A stretch of DNA of 64,000 nucleotides from Macrostomum lignano (Eukaryota): NCBI GenBank assembly GCA_002269645.1, contig NIVC01000990.1, positions 310,001-374,000 of the forward strand, given 5' to 3'. The notes under the pieces are model-generated. The model saw nothing but the letters and a program-made list of their open reading frames with translations, made no database searches and was not told the DNA's origin. Below, piece by piece: positions 1 to 12,204 of this stretch (position 1 is its first letter; every line of letters begins with the position of its first letter). The position numbers and the translations under genes were made by a program.

Positions 1-385
1 CCCCCCGCCCAGATCCTCAGTTGCTGAGCCACCAGTCTTCCCAGATCCTCAGTTACTGGGCTACCCTCCCAGATCCTCAGTTTCTGGGCCAGCCTCCCAG
101 ATCCTCAGTTTCTGGGCCAGCCTCCCAGATCCTCGGTTGCTGGGCCAGCCTCCCAGATCCTCAGTTGCTGGGCCAGCCTCCCAGATCCTTAGTTGCTGGG
201 CTAGCCGCCCAGATCTAGTTGCTGAGCTACCAGTCTCCCAGATCTAGTTGCTGAGCTACCAGTCTCCCAGATCCTCAGTTTCTGGGCAGTCTTCCAGATC
301 CTCAGTTTCTGGGCCAGGCCAGTCTCCCAGATCCTCAGTTGCTGGGCCAGCCTCCCAGATCCTCAGTTGCTAGGGCCTCCCTCCC
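1..385. repeat. 28-bp minisatellite (CCAGCCTCCCAGATCCTCAGTTGCTGGG), runs off the window start
   Basis: Unit read directly in tandem; ORF 21..218 is its translation. Confidence 0.95.
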
Positions 386-428
386 ATATTCTCAGTTCAC
401 TATTATACAGATTTGATTAAATTTGAAA

Positions 429-620
429 GCGGTTAAAGCGTCAGACTTGCGACTTGATGGTCGCGGGTTCGATTCCCGATCACACTGGAGTCTGGAGAAA
501 TTTGTGTCCTTGAGAAAGACACTCAACTCTGCATTGCTTCAGTTCACCCAGCTATAAAATGTCGGTTGCACATCTGCCCATTGGGGCAGGTGTAATCAAT
601 TATTACACTATTATTATTTG
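429..620 (+). mobile_element. tRNA-derived SINE, 5'-truncated
   Basis: Partial A box (GCGGTTAAAGCG), B box GGGTTCGATTCCC, body TGTGTCCTTGAGAAAGACACTCAAC...CACCCAGCTATAAAATG resembling conserved animal SINE core domains, (TAT)n-like tail. Confidence 0.75.
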
Positions 621-2296
621 AAATGCAAATACAAAAGTTTTACTCACTGTCTTGGATCACGAGAGTGGCCGATCGGCCGAGTAATAACAACAATCCGAGC
701 GCGCATATTTGAATCGAAAGTTTCCAGGAAGTGCAGCTCCAATGCTGAGGCATTATTCAATTCAGATGACGGAATTATCTTCTTTCTTTGACAATTAAAA
801 ACTAATTAAGAATATAAAATAAATTAATTGGCTATAAATTCAATATTGAACTTGGCCGCTTCGCCCGGCATAGCTGGCTTAATTCTTGATCTCTGTTACA
901 ACCAGCGCTTCGTAAGTCTGTGTAGATTAACGAAATCCCGATAGCTTGACGTCAAAAGTACAAATTAGTAGAAGCCCGAAGCCGCGCGCTATGAAACTCG
1001 CTTTGGACGCGGCAGATATGCACAAGGCTGCCTGATTTTGGCCTATATATGTGCGCGCGTGCGAGCTGTTCTTGCGGTTAAGGCGCTTCTGTTAGGCTGG
1101 GCTTCGGGTTGGGGTGGGAGCCTGAGCCGGAGAGGTTGGGGCTGGCTTTTGGGGAGACGAGAGCCAAGAAGACAGAGAGGGCAGGGCATTAGTCGGTGGG
1201 AGAGACAGCTGCCGTTGGACCTTCCTTTTTCTTCTTATCGGAGAACGGAGGCTGGAGAGGCGAGATGGCGAACTTGCTGGCTAGCTTGAGGAGGAGAGGT
1301 TGGCAGGGAATCGCCAAGGCAAAAACTAAAGGATGCAAATGCAGGAAAGGGAGAGAAATATACGGTCAGAGAGCCGTTGTAAGAGCTTAACGCCGCTTTT
1401 AACTAATGCGCCTAGTCCGCACTAGATGTCGCTTGCAGCAGGGAGGGGTTGCGTCGTTCCGGAGGAGAGAAATAGGCCAAAATAAGGCAAGGGAAACTGC
1501 GCCGTGTACTGAGCGACTGACGGGTTAGGAAGAGAACTGGCGAGTGTAAGAGATGTTGCAGCACAAGCGCTTTGCTGGGCTTTCCAGGCTGTATTTCAGT
1601 TCGCTCGCAAGTTTAGGTCATAAGGGCTGAGGGGCCGTGCGCGCACATGTGGGTGCTTCCTCAATTTCCTCTCCTCTTTGCAGTTCATTCCTATCCCCGC
1701 GGGGGGTCGGCCAGATTGGACGGGTAAACCCCCCCCCTGGCGGAGGAGGGGTGGCTGCCCATGTACATTGAGTCCTGGACATTCTCCGCCTCTCCATTCA
1801 TTACCTAAACCCCACCCTTTCCCCCTGGACTGAACTGGCCGTATGTTTGGCTAACCCCCAATGGCCTTAGCCTTAGTCAGTGTTTATTGCCCATATACAG
1901 TAATTCTGGCTTGGCTGGGGAGGGGGGCCGGCTGAGGAAAACCCAGCTTTTGGGGAGAATCGGAGAAGGGGAACTGAAGGGGAGCTGAAGAGGTCACTTG
2001 CGACGCGTCACATTTAACGACTCACACACAAGTCACAATACAACGGAACAGAATAAAGGAACTGCTGCTAAACGAGCAGTATTCCTGCTGAATTCACTAG
2101 CTTATAATTGCTCGTAAACTGCATCTTCTAAGCATATTGCTGCCCTATAATAATTCGCCTTTAAATCATTTTCTTTTTCGACTTAGTGAGAATGAGAAAA
2201 TAATGCAACTCAATATCACTTTTAAACAGTTCTTTAGCTAATAACTATCTGCATGCATGCTATGCATATTTACATTACATATCATTGCAACTATGT

Positions 2297-2592
2297 CAGG
2301 GGTGGGCAAACTCCGGCTCACGGGCCACACGCGGCCCGCAAAGCCTCTCTATCCGGCCCTCGGGTCCTTTGAAACTTCGCAATAGCAATAGGTTGGTGTC
2401 TATTCTCCTCTATCAACTCAATTTTCTCTTTCCTCTCACTCTCACTACTCTCGTCTGTCGTCTCCTCTCTCATTTATTCCCAGGCCATTCCTTTCTCCTA
2501 TCTATCTTCTCTCTTCTCTATTTCCTCTCCTCTCCCCCCTCTGGCCCGCAGTCATTCGCTCGGTTCTTTACAAAAGAGTTTGCCCACCTATG
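2297..2592. mobile_element. hAT (Charlie-like) MITE
   Basis: Left end CAGGGGTGGGCAAACT followed by CGGGCCACACGCGGCCCG; right end AGTTTGCCCACCTATG (2577-2592) is its reverse complement with 2 mismatches; no matching 8-bp TSD seen. Confidence 0.75.
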
Positions 2593-3267
2593 TGACTTGA
2601 CTCAGACTGTAAAAATGGGGGAAGTCTACGAATACGACACGAGCTCGCAGCTTAACCAAAGCTTTCCGAAATCTCATCGAACTTTCTATCTCCCCACAAG
2701 CTGATTCATTTAAGATCCGCGGGGAGGGGGGTCTTGCTGTGCTGTGTCTGTGCTGTCCAACCCGTTGCCACTCGGGTGATGAAGTGGGGGACTAAAGGGA
2801 GGCGGGGTGAGCCTCTGACTCGGAGACTGATCGAGACTAACTTCGACTTCTTCAACCCTCTTAATGGGGATAAGGCTATAAAGTAAGGGTATGCATAGGA
2901 GGAGCTTATATATAGGCCAGGAGTGGTTTTGTAAGTCAGCTGAGCTCAACAACGGCAACTGAGCTGCGAAAGATATAAATCAGTTTGATGATGAAGGAAA
3001 ACACTTTAGTGCTAGTGCGGGACTTTGCAGCCATCGCACTGATTTTTTAGGGGGGTGTATCGACCCTACTATCCGATCCCGCGTCACTTTTTATCCCATT
3101 CCCAAAAATGGGCTTGGCCTATAAGAAGCCCCATTCCCATAGATCTATGCAGCTAGAGACGGCACGTCGAACTTATTTTTATACTCGGCTCTGCCTGATC
3201 CGATTACCAGGGGCAAGAGAGCAGCAATACCCCCACCACAATCGGTTGACAAAAGTACGCGGCACCT

Positions 3268-4470
3268 CTGGCTGGTGCTGGCGCCTCTGGTTCTGGCGCC
3301 TTTGGTTATGGCGTCTCTGGTGCTGGTGCCTTTGGTTATGGCGCCTCTGGTTCTGGCGTCTCTGGTGCTGGTGCCTTTGGTTCTGGCGTCTCTGGTGCTG
3401 GTGTCTCTGGTGCTGGTGCCTTTGGTTATGGCGCCTCTGGTGCTGGCGTCTCTGGTGCTGGTGCCTTTGGTTATGGCGCCTCCGGTGCTGGCGTCTCTGG
3501 TGCTGGTGCCTTTGGTTATGGCGCCTCTGGTGCTGGTGCCTTTGGTTATGGCGCCTCTGGTGCTAGCGCCTTTGATTATGGCGCCTCTGGTGCTGGTGCC
3601 TTTGGTTATGGCGCCTCTGGTGCTGGTGCCTTTGGTTATGGCGCCTCTGGTGCTGGTGCCTTTGGTTATGGCGCCTCTGGTGCTAGCGCCTCTGGTGCTA
3701 GCGCCTTTGATTATGGCGCCTCTGGTTCTGGCGTCTCTGGTGCTGGTGCCTTTGGTTATGGCGCCTCTGGTGCTGGTGCCTTTGGTTATGGCGCCTCTGG
3801 TGCTGGTGCCTTTGGTTATGGCGCCTCTGGTGCTGGTGCCTTTGGTTATGGCGCCTCTGGTGCTAGCGCCTCTGGTGCTAGCGCCTTTGATTATGGCGCC
3901 TCTGGTTCTGGCGTCTCTGGTGCTGGTGCCTTTGGTTATGGCGCCTCTGGTGCTGGTGCCTTTGGTTATGGCGCCTCTGGTGCTAGCGCCTTTGATTATG
4001 GCGCCTCTGGTGCTGGTGCCTTTGGTTATGGCGCCTCTGTTGCTGGCGTCTCTGGTGCTGGTGCCTTTGGTTATGGCGCCTCTGGTGCTGGCGTCTCTGG
4101 TGCTGGTGCCTTTGGTTATGGCGCCTCTGGTTCTGGTCTCTCTGGTGCTGGCGCCTTTGGTTATGGCGCCTCTGGTGCTCGCGCCTTTGGTTATGGCGCC
4201 TTTGGTTATGGCGCCTCTGGTGCTGGTGCCTTTGGTTATGGCGCCTCTGGTTCTGGCCTCTCTGGTGCTGGCGCCTTTGGTTATGGCGCCTCTGGTGCTG
4301 GCGCCTTTGGTTATGGCGCCTCTGGTGCTGGCGCCTTTGGTTATGGCGCCTTTGGTTATGGCGCCTCTGGTGCTGGTGCCTTTGGTTATGGCGCCTTTGG
4401 TTATGGCGCCTCTGGTGCTGGTGCCTTTGCTTATTGCGCCTCTGTTGCTAGCGCCTCTCTGGCTGGCGCT
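3268..4470. repeat. 15-bp-unit GC-rich tandem array (GGTGCTGGCGCCTCT / GGTTATGGCGCCTTT variants)
   Basis: Units read directly; all variants are multiples of 15 nt, so two + frames stay open across the array. Confidence 0.95.
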
Positions 4471-4980
4471 TCTGAATAATTTGTCATCAGATCTCTCCGT
4501 CCGGGCTGCCGGTCAGCCACGGCCCCTTCCCTCAAATCCTTCATCAGCTATTCTCGCTTTGTAACCATGTACATAACGTGTGCAAAATGAGAAAAAACTG
4601 GGGTAGGGATTTGATAATAAACCGCTGATTGATGATTAATAACCATTATCTGCAGCTAAACACGTAAACTAGCGCAGCAATAAATTCAACTCTCGAAGTA
4701 CTTTTAATACATGTACGACAATCTTGCGCTGACGAGCTGCCGCCCGTGCTGAGCAGCTCTCTGTGAAATATGAGAGAGTATACTGTGTATAATTTGGCTC
4801 CCCTGACTGCAAGTGGACAATGCGTACGGCTATTAGACAAAGGATTAATTAATTCCTCGCCAATCGGATAAAAAAGCATAGGTGTGTACACACGGGCCTC
4901 TGCAGCGTTTGAGAACTAGTGGGTTGTAGTCAATTATTTGGCAATCCTAAAATTAAGGTTTTTATACAGTATTACGAGCG

Positions 4981-5450
4981 CAGGTAGCACCCCCACTGAG
5001 GGATCTGAAGGCAGGGGGTAGCACCCCCACTGAGGGATCTGAGGACAGGGGTAGCACCCCCACTGAGGGATCTGAGGACAGGGGTAGCACCCCCACTGAG
5101 GGATCTGAGGACAGGGGTAGCACCCCCACTGAGGGATCTGAGAGCAGGGGGTAGCACATCCACTGAGGGATCTGAGGACAGGGGTAGCACCCCCACTGAG
5201 GGATCTGAGGGCAGGGGGTAGCAACCCCACTGAGGGATCTGAGGGCAGGGGGTAGCACATCCACTGAGGGATCTGAGGACAGGGGTAGCACCCCCACTGA
5301 GGGATCTGAGGGCAGGGGGTAGCAACCCCACTGAGGGATGTGAGGGCAGGGGGTAGCACATCCACTGAGGGATCTGAGGACAGGGGTAGCGCCCCCACTG
5401 AGGGATCTGAGGGCAGGGGGTAGCAAACCCACTGAGGGATCTGAGGGCAG
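4981..5450 (-). repeat. 33-34-bp minisatellite array (GGGCAGGGGGTAGCACCCCCACTGAGGGATCTGA), left arm of an inverted pair
   Basis: Tandem units read directly; reverse complement of the array at 6161-6880. Confidence 0.95.
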
Positions 5451-6160
5451 TAGTCCTCTCAGTGATCAAAGACCCGAGGGGGAAGGCACAGATTGTAAAT
5501 CACTTTCTTCTAATCTAATTCTTAACTTAATTAAGGAAAGAGTGAATGAGATCAAAATGAACCATTTTATTAAAATTAGATCGTTTGATAAAATACACAT
5601 TGAACTCTACTGCAAGTAGCACAGCAAAGTAAATAGCAATAAATTTGTGTGGTTTTATCCAAAATCAGTCAGCTTAGCGTCAGTAAATAAGAAGTTAAAA
5701 CCGAAACCGTATTTTAGACTCGTTGGTTGAAAAAGTTATCCAACGATTTAGCACTCCAGAGAAACGCACACAGCCAGTTATATTTCCAAACAAAGAACTA
5801 AAGTTAATAATTTGTAATGCCTTAAAATGTTTATTTAACTAACAGGACGGATTTATGGTAGCAAAGTTATAAAACCCTGAAAGAAATAAAAAACTGTAAA
5901 CAAACAATAGTATTTAAAGAACTCAGTAAAATCACTAAAGTTACTGCTACAGGTTGGAATAAAGAAAACAGAAAGTCATTACAAGCAATTAGTTTGAAAT
6001 AAAAGCAACACAAAGATAATGTATTAAATAAAAAACAATTAATTAATCTACAGCAGTAAAATTTGCAGAGCACAGTTTAGCGCGTGAAGACAAAAAAGCA
6101 ATTTCTTGGAAATTATGGGACCTCTTCGGCTTCTCATATATGTAACTGCTCTATCATAAT

Positions 6161-6880
6161 AGATCCCTAAGTGATGCTGCTACCCCCTGCCCTCAGATCC
6201 CTAAGTGATGCTGCTACCCCCTGCCCTCAGATCCCTAAGTGATGCTGCTACCCCTGCCCTCAGATCCCTCAGTGGGGGTGCTACCCCCTGCCCTCAGATC
6301 CCTAAGTGATGCTGCTACCCCCTGCCCTCAGATCCCTCAGTGGAGGTGCTACCCCCTGCCCTCAGATCCCTCAGTGGAGGTGCTACCCCCTGCCCTCAGA
6401 TCCCTCAGTAGGGGTGCTACCCCTGCCCTCAGATCCCTCAGTGGGGGTGCTACCCCCTGTCCCCAGATCTCTCATTTGGGGTGCTACCCCCTGCCCTTAG
6501 ATCCCTCAGTGCGGCTGCTACCCCCTGCCCTCAGATCCCTCAGTGCGGCTGCTACCCCCTGTCCCCAGATCCCTCAGTGGGGGTGCTACCCCCTGCCCTC
6601 AGATCCCTCAGTGCGGCTGCTACCCCCTGCCCTCAGATCCCTCAGTGGGGGTGCTACCCTCTGCCCTCAGATCCCTCAGTGGGGGTGCTACCCCCTGCCT
6701 TCAGATCCCTCAGTGGGGGTGCTACCCACTGCCCTCAGATCCCTCAGTGGGGGTGCTACCCCCTGCCTTCAGATCCCTCAGTGGGGGTGCTACCCACTGC
6801 CCTCAGATCCCTGAGTGGGGGTGCTACCCCCTGCCCTCAGATCCCTGAGTGGGGGGGTGCTACCCCCTGCCCTCAGATCG
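6161..6880 (+). repeat. 33-34-bp minisatellite array (TCAGATCCCTCAGTGGGGGTGCTACCCCCTGCCC), right arm of an inverted pair
   Basis: Tandem units read directly. Confidence 0.95.
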
Positions 6881-7095
6881 CTGACAGGGGCTGCTATACC
6901 TCCAACTTTCAGCTTCTCCACAAAGGCAACTACGAGAAAAAACACTAAATTAAAAAAGTGCAAGTGAAAAGCAACAAGGCAAACGATCTCTGTATTGTAA
7001 GCACAAAAAATGGCGTATAAAAATTACAAAAAAACAAGCACAGACAGGACAGAAGGCACGCAAATCGTCAATCCAGCTTATTTGCAGTAGAATCA

Positions 7096-10000
7096 TCAAT
7101 CAGTTGAGGACTCAGTTGACGAATTTGAAGGTCTTGAATCGGCGTTGAACTTGCGACAGTTCTCATCTTCAGCAGCCGGATCAACAGCAGCAGCAGGTCG
7201 CAGGCAGCAGCAGCCGTGGCCGCACAGGCATTCAGTTTGAAGCTCGCAGTCGCGCACCAGCTGGCAAGCTTCAGCATCGGTGTCGCACCGACCGCCGGCC
7301 AGATGCTTGGCCGTGTCCAGCAGTGACCGGGCATCCAGGCGCTTCATTTCTGGGTCCTTCGACAGAGCCAGCCAGGGCCTGTCGGACAAAGCGTTGCGGC
7401 ATTCGGCGGCCAGCTCCGGGCAGCGGAGGCAGCAGGCGGCTACGTGGAGAAGGCGAACGCCGTGGGCTCGACGGAGCGCTGGGTCGCGCAGGGCCGACTG
7501 AAAAAGAGGGATGAGGGATTATCAGTCTCAGAGTTGGAGACGATTCTCAGAGTTGGAGACGATTCTCAGGGTTGGAGACGATTCTCAGAGTTGGAGACGA
7601 TTCTCAGGGTTGGAGACGATTCTCAGAGTTGGAGACGATTCTCAGAGTTGGAGACGATTCTCAGGGTTGGAGACGATTCTCAGAGTTGGAGACGATTCTC
7701 AGAGTTGGAGACGATTCTCAGGGTTGGAGAAGATTCTCAGAGTTGGAGACGATTCTCAGGGTTGGAGACGATTCTCAGGGTTGGAGACGATTCTCAGAGT
7801 TGGAGACGCTTCTCAGGGTTGGAGACGATTCTCAGAGTTGGAGACGATTCTCAGGGTTGAAGACGATTCTCAGAGTTGGAGACGATTCTCAGAGTTGGAG
7901 ACGATTCTCAAAGAGTTGAGGACGATTCTCAGAGTTGGGGACGACTCTCAAAGAGTTGGAGACGATTCTCAGAGTTGGGGACGATTCTCAAAGAGTTGGG
8001 GACGATTCTCAGAGTTGGGGACGATTCTCAAAGAGTTGGGGACGATTCTCAAAGAGTTGGGGACGATTCTCAGAGTTGGGGACGATTCTCAAAGAGTTGA
8101 GGACGATTCTCAGAGTTGGGGACGATTCTCAAAGAGTTGGGGACGTTTCTCAGGGTTGGAGACGATTCTCAAAGAGTTGAGGACGATTCTCAGAGTTGGG
8201 GACGATTCTCAAAGAGTTGGGGACGATTCTCAGAGTTGGGGACGATTCTCAGAGAGTTGGGGACGATTCTCAAAGAGTTGGAGACGATTCTCAGAGTTGG
8301 AGACGATTTTCAGGGTTGGAGACGATTCTCAGGGTTGGAGACGATTCTCAAAGAGTAGGGGACGATTCTCAAAGAGTTGGAGACGATTCTCAGAGTTGGG
8401 GACGATTCTCAAAGAGTTGGGGACGATTCTCAGAGTTGGGGACGATTCTCAAAGAGTTGGGGACGATTCTCAAAGAGTTGGGGACGATTCTCAGAGTTGG
8501 GGACGATTCTCAAAGAGTTGAGGACGATTCTCAGAGTTGGGGACGACTCTCAAAGAGTTGGAGACGATTCTCAGAGTTGGGGACGATTCTCAAAGAGTAG
8601 GGGACGATTCTCAGAGTTGGGGACGATTCTCAAAGAGTTGGAGACGATTCTCAAAGAGTTGGGGACGATTCTCAAAGAGTTGGAGACGATTCTCAGAGTT
8701 GGGGACGATTCTCAAAGAGTTGGAGACGATTCTCAGAGTTGGGGACGATTCTCAAAGAGTTGGGGACGATTCTCAGAGTTGGGGACGATTCTCAAAGAGT
8801 TGGGGACGATTCTCAAAGAGTTGGGGACGATTCTCAGAGTTGGGGACGATTCTCAAAGAGTTGAGGACGATTCTCAGAGTTGGGGACGACTCTCAAAGAG
8901 TTGGAGACGATTCTCAGAGTTGGGGACGATTCTCAAAGAGTAGGGGACGATTCTCAGAGTTGGGGACGATTCTCAAAGAGTTGGAGACGATTCTCAGAGT
9001 TGGGGACGATTCTCAAAGAGTTGGGGACGATTCTCAGAGTTGGGGACGATTCTCAAAGAGTTGGGGACGATTCTCAAAGAGTTGGGGACGATTCTCAGAG
9101 TTGGGGACGATTCTCAAAGAGTTGGGGACGATTCTCAAAGAGTTGGGGACGATTCTCAGAGTTGTGGACGATTCTCAAAGAGTTGAGGACGATTCTCAGA
9201 GTTGGGGACGATTCTCAAAGAGTTGGGGACGATTTTCAAAGAGTTGGGGACGATTCTCAGAGTTGGGGACGATTCTCAAAGAGTTGAGGACGATTCTCAG
9301 AGTTGGGGACGATTCTCAAAGAGTTGGGGACGTTTCTCAGGGTTGGAGACGATTCTCAAAGAGTTGAGGACGATTCTCAGAGTTGGGGACGATTCTCAAA
9401 GAGTTGGGGACGATTCTCAGAGTTGGGGACGATTCTCAGAGAGTTGGGGACGATTCTCAAAGAGTTGGAGACGATTCTCAGAGTTGGGGACGATTTTCAG
9501 GGTTGGAGACGATTCTCAGGGTTGGAGACGATTCTCAAAGAGTAGGGGACGATTCTCAGAGTTGGGGACGATTCTCAAAGAGTTGGAGACGATTCTCAGA
9601 GTTGGGGACGATTCTCAAAGAGTTGGGGACGATTTTCAAAGAGTTGGGGACGATTCTCAGAGTTGGGGACGATTCTCAAAGAGTTGAGGACGATTCTCAG
9701 AGTTGGGGACGATTCTCAAAGAGTTGGGGACGTTTCTCAGGGTTGGAGACGATTCTCAAAGAGTTGAGGACGATTCTCAGAGTTGGGGACGATTCTCAAA
9801 GAGTTGGGGACGATTCTCAGAGTTGGGGACGATTCTCAGAGAGTTGGGGACGATTCTCAAAGAGTTGGAGACGATTCTCAGAGTTGGAGACGATTTTCAG
9901 GGTTGGAGACGATTCTCAGGGTTGGAGACGATTCTCAAAGAGTTGGGGACGATTCTCAGAGTTGGGGACGATTCTCAAAGAGTTGGGGACGATTCTCAGA

Positions 10001-11455
10001 GTTGGGGACGATTCTCAAAGAGTTGGAGACGATTCTCAGAGTTGGGGACGATTCTCAGAGTTGTGGACGATTCTCAAAGAGTTGAGGACGATTCTCAGAG
10101 TTGGGGACGATTCTCAAAGAGTTGGGGACGATTTTCAAAGAGTTGGGGACGATTCTCAAAGAGTTGGGGACGATTCTCAAAGAGTTGAGGACGATTCTCA
10201 GAGTTGGGGACGATTCTCAAAGAGTTGGGGACGATTTTCAAAGAGTTGGGGACGATTCTCAAAGAGTTGGGGACGATTCTCAAAGAGTTAATTATTATGC
10301 CATTGCCTCAGAAGAAGCAATTTTAAAAATAAAAAACGCAAAAGCGCACCTGAACGCAGCGGACGCACTTGGACCGGACAGCGGGCGCATCGTAGAACCT
10401 GGCCAGAACAGCAAGTTCGGCCACACAGAATAGACTGACTCGAACTCCGGAGCACGGCTGCAACAATGACAGGAAGCTGTGCAAATCTCTCGGATGAGGC
10501 GGCGGCTCCGGCAGCGCCAGGCTCAATAGTCGAGAGTCGAATTTTGAGCATTCAGAAGCGGCGTCCGTGGAGGCAGTGGCGGCAGCAGCCCGGCTGTGGG
10601 CTCGGAATATGGCGGCATCAGCGTAGAAGCGATGCTTGGGCAGGTCCAGGCAGAGCAGACGCTGAGACGGACCGTCTGGCGGCGGGGGGACGAGGTGACT
10701 GACGGAGCAGTCGGACACGCTGGGGACGAGAGTCTCGCTGGCTGAGCGAACGTGCAGCGTCAGGGACAGCGGCAAGCAGGGCTCGTGACTGCGATCGGAC
10801 CGGTTCACGAGGCGGAGGCTGCAGTGGGCGCGCAGATCGGGCCATTGGATTAGCAAGGCCTGGTCTAGGCAGGGCCGGTCCGTACTCAGCGACTCTTCCG
10901 CTTGCAATACCTGGGCGCGTTGGAGAGACTTTGGCTGCTTATGTTTGATTATCGGATTATCGGATTGTGGATCTGGATTATCGGATTGGGGATCTGGATT
11001 ATCGGATTTGGGATCTGGATTATCGGATTTGGGATTTGGATTATCGGACTTGGGATCTTAGTTTTCAAATGAAGGATCTGGATTCCTTTTACATTTGGAT
11101 TATGGTTACGGAATCTAGATAAATAAATTAAAGATCAATAAATCCACCCCCAATAAGCCGCTCTAACCAGACAGTTGGCAAAGCGCAGCGCTATATTGGC
11201 TCTCAGGCGCCACACCCGCGCCCGGCGCGGCCGCAGCCGCAATCGACAACGCAACGCGTGCCCGGCGCCAGATCCGGAGCGGCGCAGAGTCAGGCTGAAA
11301 GTGAAAAATTTGCCAAACAGAGTCGGCGGCAGATCCGGCAAGGTCAACTCGCTGCCCGGATGCGACAGGCTCTCGAATGAGCGGAACCAGGGGCAGAGGA
11401 ACTCGCTCCTGTGCGGATCGAAGTCGTTGACATGCTGCACCGGCGGTCGCCACTC
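7096..11455 (-). CDS. MATH-BTB(-BACK-like) protein, SPOP/BATH-type adaptor; exons 11455-11168, 10910-10350, 7497-7096; 5' end not found
   Basis: Three GC3-rich exons joined by phase-0 GT-AG introns give one frame. MATH-like strands (WRLRANIALRFANCL|VLQ...ALLIQWPDL...LPLSLTLHV), BTB-like segment (RFYADAAIFRAHS...DLHSFLSLL...VAELAVLARFYDAPAVRSKC), helical BACK-like tail, TGA at 7096-7098. Domain calls are by eye. Confidence 0.7.
7526..10289. repeat. 19/21-bp minisatellite (GACGATTCTC[AA]AGAGTTGGA/G) filling the 2852-nt last intron of the MATH-BTB gene
   Basis: About 2.76 kb of tandem units inside the intron 7498-10349; source of all RVGDDSQ/ELGTILK ORFs. Confidence 0.97.
10950..11070. repeat. 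Short GGATTATCGGATT(G)GGATCT repeat in MATH-BTB intron 10911-11167
   Basis: Tandem units read directly. Confidence 0.8.
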
Positions 11456-11544
11456 CTGCAAAGTTCAATTGGTGACGATTTTTGTTATATTAAATTCAGT
11501 AAGAGATTGCGAGTTTGCACCTGCAACCCTATTCTCCACCCGAA

Positions 11545-11815
11545 TCCTAAAACCCCAAAACCTTACCTGAACCCTGAAACCTCACCTGAACCTTAAAATC
11601 TCACCTGAATTCTAAAACCTCACCTGAACCCTAAAATCTCACCTGAATTCTAAAACCTCACCTGAATTCTAAAACCTCACCTAAACCTTAAAATCTCACC
11701 TGAACCCTGAAACCTCACCTGAACCCTAAAACCCCACCTGAACCCTAAAACCTCAACTGAACCCTAAAACCCTACCAGAACCCTAAAACCTTAACTCTAA
11801 AACCTTACCTGAACC
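11545..11815. repeat. 18-19-bp minisatellite (AAACCTCACCTGAACCCT)
   Basis: Tandem units read directly. Confidence 0.9.
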
Positions 11816-12204
11816 CTCTTTACACACAGACACACATCGTGACATCACATACCCATGGCAACTGTACATCCCAAAAATCCTAATCCTAGCTTCAAAATGA
11901 GAAAAATTGATTTTTCAAAGTTAATAACTTCATGTAGCAAACTACCATGACTACTACCAAACTAAAAGTAAAATATTTATCAACAACTTTAAAACGATTT
12001 CATTTACAGAATAGGTTTATTTACAATAAAAATAACAATATTTATTTAGGAAAGCTGTTACTAACACAAATAGAACAATTTTTCACATATAGTTGGTTGA
12101 TAAAACTTAACAAATTTACAACATTATACATTAAACACTTAAAATAACATTTATTTACAAAACTAATGTGATTAACAAGAAAAATTCAATCTAGCTAATT
12201 AAGT

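Noticed and set aside
3275-4564. 429-aa VLAPLVMAP ORF as a membrane protein
   Set aside because: GTG start in a eukaryote and produced by a 15-bp array; kept only as the competing frame in the finding.
4934-6948. Cys/Pro-rich ORFs (CPQIPQWGCY)
   Set aside because: Translations of the 33-34-bp arrays with frequent frame switches.
7444-10291. Many long ORFs (RVGDDSQ/ELGTILK repeats) and a CRISPR-like look
   Set aside because: Pure tandem 19/21-mers without unique spacers, inside a spliceosomal intron, no cas genes.
11545-11815. Interstitial telomere-like CCCTAAAA motifs
   Set aside because: Part of an 18-19-bp unit, not tandem TTAGGG.
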